A model generated the notes under the pieces. The model worked only from the letters and a program-made list of their open reading frames with translations, had not been told where the DNA came from and did no database searches. Positions 60,479 to 64,000 of a stretch of DNA of 64,000 nt are shown here, one piece after another. This stretch comes from Escherichia phage JSE: sequence record EU863408; one strand, written 5' to 3'. Positions within the stretch are counted from its first letter, which is position 1. Each line of letters begins with the position of its first letter. The position numbers and the translations under genes are program-made.

Positions 60479-60737
60479 TCACTACCTTATCAGCTTCTTT
60501 TGTTGTTTTTACATCAACTGCGATAACCCGTAAAGGTTCGTCATGGTTCCACCAATGATCGTGAATATCGGCTTGTGATTTATCACCAAAGGAATCACGA
60601 ATATCATTTTTACATTTATAGCTAATGTGACCGTCATAGTCAACATAAAGGTAATTATCGAAAATCGGCGTTTTTAAGATCATACCGAAAAATCTTTCTT
60701 TGTGTGTCTTATCCAGTGTTGCAGTAATTCGCATCAT
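60459..60737 (-). CDS. HxHW-family small protein
   Basis: 92 aa; HDHWW...RVIAVDVKTTKEAD. Confidence 0.5.
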   Translation of the reverse strand: MMRITATLDKTHKERFFGMILKTPIFDNYLYVDYDGHISYKCKNDIRDSFGDKSQADIHDHWWNHDEPLRVIAVDVKTTKEADKVVNDYEQI

Positions 60738-60749
60738 AATATATTCCTC

Positions 60750-60929
60750 TTAGAAAGGGATGGTCATTTCTTGAGCTTGTACATTCTCGTTAGGATTAAA
60801 CTTCATCCAACCGATATTGTCTACCAGCATATGCACATTTTTATCATATCCTACGTGGGTAGTCAATACTGTATGTGCTTTACCTTCAACGATGATTTCC
60901 ATGTACTTCTGAACTTCGATAGCTTTCAT
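60750..60929 (-). CDS. hypothetical protein (59 aa)
   Basis: conserved leader GGAGAATCAAA before ATG. Confidence 0.4.
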   Translation of the reverse strand: MKAIEVQKYMEIIVEGKAHTVLTTHVGYDKNVHMLVDNIGWMKFNPNENVQAQEMTIPF

Positions 60930-60961
60930 TTTGATTCTCCGTTTGTTGTCTTGATGGGAGT

Positions 60962-60990
60962 ATCTTACTACTCCCTTTAATCATTGTCAA
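60962..60990 (-). promoter_or_regulatory. repeated early-promoter cassette, copy H (divergent)
   Basis: minus-strand TTGACA-N17-TAAGAT; dyad GGGAGTAGTA/TACTCCC. Confidence 0.4.
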
Positions 60991-60993
60991 CTA

Positions 60994-61161
60994 TTATTTG
61001 TTAATTTCCGGTGCGTTGCTTGGATAGTAGCCTTCTTTAACACCCAGATATTTTGCAACCATTCCGGTGATCTTCTGTGCTACTACGATATCGAATTTCA
61101 GGTAGTCTTCACCGTGGTTTGCTACAATGTATGCTTCGCATTCTGCTTTAGTCTGGAACAT
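60994..61161 (-). CDS. hypothetical protein (55 aa), paralog of 57515-57682
   Basis: starts at the internal ATG (MFQTKAECEAYIVANHGEDYLKFDIVVAQK...) after the conserved leader. Confidence 0.5.
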   Translation of the reverse strand: MFQTKAECEAYIVANHGEDYLKFDIVVAQKITGMVAKYLGVKEGYYPSNAPEINK

Positions 61162-61195
61162 TTTTGATTCTCCTATATCTCGTTGGTATGTGTGC

Positions 61196-61224
61196 ATTAT
61201 AGGGGATCACCGATCCCCTGTCAA
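61196..61224 (-). promoter_or_regulatory. repeated early-promoter cassette, copy I
   Basis: minus-strand TTGACA-GGGGATCGGTGATCCCC-TATAAT. Confidence 0.55.
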
Positions 61225-61229
61225 CAACT

Positions 61230-61524
61230 TTATAATGCTTTATATGCGTATTTCATAAATTTGTCTGCCACTTCATTGGCATGTTCAGATTCTACGCCTG
61301 ATTCGAGAACAATAGCTAGGTCGGTTTCGTCATTCCCGCCGTACCAATGATTTGATGTTCGATTTTTTTCAATTGGAAATTGGTCACTTTTATCTGTGCG
61401 ACAAAATACATCTAAATGCTCATCGATGTAAAAGATCCAATCTTCATAAAGAATAACGGGTATTAGCAAGATTTTTATTGCCTTCAACGAAAGGTTCGGC
61501 TACAAACAAATTAGTATGTTCCAT
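61230..61524 (-). CDS. hypothetical protein, frameshifted at a 5-nt homopolymer (61472-61476)
   Basis: ATG at 61522-61524 with GAGGA opens a 26-codon frame; removing one T joins it to ORF 61230-61487. Confidence 0.35.
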
Positions 61525-61540
61525 AGTAATTTCCTCAAAA

Positions 61541-61732
61541 TTATACAGCTTCGTAAACTTCCCAATGTCCAACACCAGCACGCTTAACGAAAAGGTTTTC
61601 TTTGATGTTATTCATAAACGTCTGGATGGATTTAATGCGGTTTGAAGGTTTCCATTCTTCGTTGGAATTGCGGCGATACATAATAACATTACCAGTTCGC
61701 TTATATTCAGCAACCATTTTAAGACAACACAT
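61541..61732 (-). CDS. hypothetical protein
   Basis: 63 aa; GAGGATAAT before ATG. Confidence 0.45.
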   Translation of the reverse strand: MCCLKMVAEYKRTGNVIMYRRNSNEEWKPSNRIKSIQTFMNNIKENLFVKRAGVGHWEVYEAV

Positions 61733-61780
61733 AATATTATCCTCAATTTGTGGGAGAGTATTACCCCTCCCGATGTTGTT

Positions 61781-61809
61781 ATATTACATTACACAAAATG
61801 GCGTGTCAA
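61781..61809 (-). promoter_or_regulatory. repeated early-promoter cassette, copy J (variant with 5'-UTR hairpin)
   Basis: minus-strand TTGACA-N17-TAATAT followed by hairpin GGGAGGGGTAATACTCTCCC. Confidence 0.4.
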
Positions 61810-62109
61810 TGCTTCTTTTGCGGTTCCGCTAAGACTTTCGATCTCGCCTGGCATAACATCAACCGCCAGAACTTCTACAACATCCTCGGACCCTAACCAG
61901 TGAGTATGGCCTTTGTAGAACTTGATAACCAGACTACCTTCCTCGTCCCATTTAACGCTATCGCTAGCCCACCACACATCACCGTCGATAAAGTTGATGT
62001 AAAGCACACTACGCCACATTGAATTAATTACTTTCAATACTGCGCCTTTCATCTCTTCCACGGTATGGTCTTCCATTTTGAAGACCTCACCTACCTGAAC
62101 TTTTGCCAT
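61789..62109 (-). CDS. HxHW-family small protein
   Basis: 106 aa from internal ATG (MAKVQVGEV...); GHTHW...VVEVLAVDV. Confidence 0.5.
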   Translation of the reverse strand: MAKVQVGEVFKMEDHTVEEMKGAVLKVINSMWRSVLYINFIDGDVWWASDSVKWDEEGSLVIKFYKGHTHWLGSEDVVEVLAVDVMPGEIESLSGTAKEALTRHFV

Positions 62110-62110
62110 G

Positions 62111-62377
62111 TTACATGCTCCGAATATGTTTAGCTGCATCTTCCAGTTCGTCGATAGTGACACTGTGTGCCAGTAAGTGTACTGGTTGTGGTTCTTCACC
62201 TTCCATAGTATTGATCAGATGACCGTTTCCTGGGTGGAATGTATCGTTGCCGTTCCAAATAGCATACACATCATCTTCTGTTACGTAGATAATAAGTCCA
62301 ATCGGTGATTCTGGTAATTGAAAAATTTTACCCACTGCATCTTTGCGATTGTTTACGATATCTTTTACTGTCTTCAT
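62111..62377 (-). CDS. hypothetical protein (distant HxHW relative?)
   Basis: 88 aa; stop lies 1 nt before the next ATG. Confidence 0.45.
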   Translation of the reverse strand: MKTVKDIVNNRKDAVGKIFQLPESPIGLIIYVTEDDVYAIWNGNDTFHPGNGHLINTMEGEEPQPVHLLAHSVTIDELEDAAKHIRSM

Positions 62378-62396
62378 TTAGTTACCTCTCGTTAAA

Positions 62397-62576
62397 TTAC
62401 ATCACAATCACGCCAGCCGTTGAAAGTTGATGTTTCAACTGAGCATTTTCTGCTACTGTCAAATCAATGATTTCTTGTGACGCTGCAATCATATAGCCAT
62501 TGGTGATATTGTTTTGCATCAGTTCAATGGTTTCTTCGTTGTAGCGGATTTTAGCGATGATTTCGTTGAAGTTCAT
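62397..62576 (-). CDS. hypothetical protein (59 aa)
   Basis: conserved leader GGAGAATCAAAC before ATG. Confidence 0.4.
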   Translation of the reverse strand: MNFNEIIAKIRYNEETIELMQNNITNGYMIAASQEIIDLTVAENAQLKHQLSTAGVIVM

Positions 62577-62610
62577 GTTTGATTCTCCTAGTTCGTTTCG
62601 GTATGTGTGT

Positions 62611-62640
62611 ATTATAGGGGAGTTTAACCTCCCCTGTCAA
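62611..62640 (-). promoter_or_regulatory. repeated early-promoter cassette, copy K
   Basis: minus-strand TTGACA-GGGGAGGTTAAACTCCCC-TATAAT (18-nt spacer). Confidence 0.5.
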
Positions 62641-62648
62641 CAACTTTT

Positions 62649-62960
62649 TTAAAGTTTTTCCATGATAACGGTCATAATTACATCTTCTGCGCGAGCGGTC
62701 AGATTATCAGCGTCAGCATGTGGGCGGTTGGTTGTTACAGAGATAACACCGTTGCGCACTGGTTTGATATTGATATCAAGATGATCCGCGAAACGTTCGC
62801 CAGTTACAGAATGAATTTTGGTGTTAAATTCTTTTGCCAGTGCCTTGCGAACTTCACGAATCAGGATAGCGTTTTTCAGTTGGTTCTCCGCGCTCATGGT
62901 CTTCTGGGTGTTCATGGTTCCGTCGAAGTCAATCATTGGCAGCGTTACGATGTATTTCAT
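62649..62960 (-). CDS. hypothetical protein (KEFN family)
   Basis: 103 aa; shares VRKALAKEFNTK with 59228-59515. Confidence 0.5.
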   Translation of the reverse strand: MKYIVTLPMIDFDGTMNTQKTMSAENQLKNAILIREVRKALAKEFNTKIHSVTGERFADHLDINIKPVRNGVISVTTNRPHADADNLTARAEDVIMTVIMEKL

Positions 62961-63004
62961 TTTTGATTCTCCGTTTAAGAAAGTGTGTTTCGTTTTGATG
63001 TGTG

Positions 63005-63033
63005 TAGTATAGGGGATACGTGATCCCCTGTCA
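63005..63033 (-). promoter_or_regulatory. repeated early-promoter cassette, copy L
   Basis: minus-strand TTGACA-GGGGATCACGTATCCCC-TATACT. Confidence 0.5.
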
Positions 63034-63047
63034 ACAACTTTTTTGAA

Positions 63048-63392
63048 TTATTTTTTCATGAGCTTAATGGCTTCTTCCATAGCCAGCACATTTCGATAGT
63101 TAGGGTATCGTGTTAGATCGTCATACATTCGCTTAAGGGTGGAAACTTCCTCAAACTCTGGGTTTTCTAGATACAGTTGAACAAATTGTTTCTCTACCAT
63201 CTCGGCTTTTAGCTTGTCTGCTTGTTCCTGTTCATATGATTTCGTTGGACCCAACACCAACAAAATGATAAAGGTGATCAACGGGCTAATGATCAATGAT
63301 AGGATAACATAACCGATAACGCTACGGTTTAAACGGCTTGCGTACATGCCTACCAGGAAAACAAAAAGGATATAGATAAACAGAAAGAACAT
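63048..63392 (-). CDS. small membrane protein
   Basis: 114 aa; two N-terminal hydrophobic helices, charged helical C-terminus. Confidence 0.5.
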   Translation of the reverse strand: MFFLFIYILFVFLVGMYASRLNRSVIGYVILSLIISPLITFIILLVLGPTKSYEQEQADKLKAEMVEKQFVQLYLENPEFEEVSTLKRMYDDLTRYPNYRNVLAMEEAIKLMKK

Positions 63393-63399
63393 ATAATAG

Positions 63400-63873
63400 T
63401 TACTCCTTATTTTCGCGCTCGTACTTTTCGAAATAAAATTCTACTGGCTGGTCATGAATTGACAGCAAGCCAAAGCGTTTAGCCGCTCGCAATCCCATAT
63501 TGCGCTGAATATACTTCTGGAAGTTCTCGCGTATACACTTACGCCAGTATTCTAAGCCCATACAGCTTTTATAAAGATTGCATTGTACACACGCCGGATT
63601 CATGTTATCAAGTATATCATGTTCCGGTTTATGCATTCCTACGACCTTATACTTCCACGATCCATCATCATTACGGGCAATTCGTCCATTTTCATCATAG
63701 ACTACCTTTGAGCGTCGCAATACTGGTTTGATGTGGTCTGCGTGCCAGCGATCCCCTAGTTCCTCGCCACAATAGGCACAACGTCCACCATATTTCATTT
63801 TCAGGATCTGGCGTTGCTCTTTCTTTGACAATTTTTTAGGTTTAGGGGCTTTCGCCCCTTCATTATCACACAT
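63400..63873 (-). mobile_element. HNH endonuclease (free-standing homing-endonuclease-like)
   Basis: 157 aa; CAYCGEEL ... HADHIKPV ... NMNPACVQCNLYK. Confidence 0.7.
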
Positions 63874-64000
63874 CGAATACCTCTTTTACTGTATTTGCAG
63901 TGGTCTTGTCGTAGCGAATACGTTTGATGATTGGGAGAAATAAAGAGAACTCCGGTTCATCTTCTTTACGTGATTTGCTGCGGATATACCCGTTGCATGT
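63866..64000 (-). CDS. hypothetical protein, C-terminal part (gene starts beyond window end)
   Basis: open frame ending ...KEVFDV with stop overlapping the HNH start codon. Confidence 0.35.
   Translation of the reverse strand, partial: TCNGYIRSKSRKEDEPEFSLFLPIIKRIRYDKTTANTVKEVFDV

Noticed and set aside
55300-63050. The 12 near-identical 60-70 bp repeats could be read as a CRISPR-like array
   Set aside because: Spacing is irregular (about 200-1900 bp). Each interval holds a protein-coding ORF with an RBS. The repeats contain -35/-10 hexamers, so they are promoters.

Overview
This window is a T4-like (Tevenvirinae-type) myovirus late/structural block with accessory insertions. Gene names were assigned from protein motifs, protein sizes and T4 gene order recalled from memory; no database search was run. 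Backbone order: 57A-like (partial), 1, 3, 2, 4 on the minus strand; 53, 5, 5.1, 5.4, 6, 7, 8, 9, 10, 11, 12, wac, 13, 14, 15, 16, 17, 18, 19, 20, 67, 68, 21, 22, 23, 24 on the plus strand; then hoc, inh-like, uvsW, uvsW.1, uvsY, 25, 26, 51, 27, 28, 29, 48, 54, alt. Accessory content: (1) a Zn-ribbon-repeat/T5orf172-like protein plus a small coiled-coil gene between genes 3 and 2; (2) a three-gene cassette with its own terminator and consensus early promoter between genes 8 and 9, ending in an amino-methyltransferase; (3) a GIY-YIG Seg-like endonuclease between genes 14 and 15; (4) a DprA/SLOG-like protein where T4 has rnlB; (5) a second Alt-like ADP-ribosyltransferase coupled to a lipoprotein; (6) a hyperplastic minus-strand region (about 55.0-64.0 kb) of roughly 27 small genes driven by 12 copies of a repeated promoter/5'UTR cassette, containing a C5-methyltransferase-like + Zn-ribbon + DUF262 operon, several paralogous small-protein families and an HNH endonuclease. 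Three genes, including essential baseplate gene 27, are broken by 1-nt frameshifts at homopolymer runs. No tRNA, rRNA or CRISPR array was recognised.
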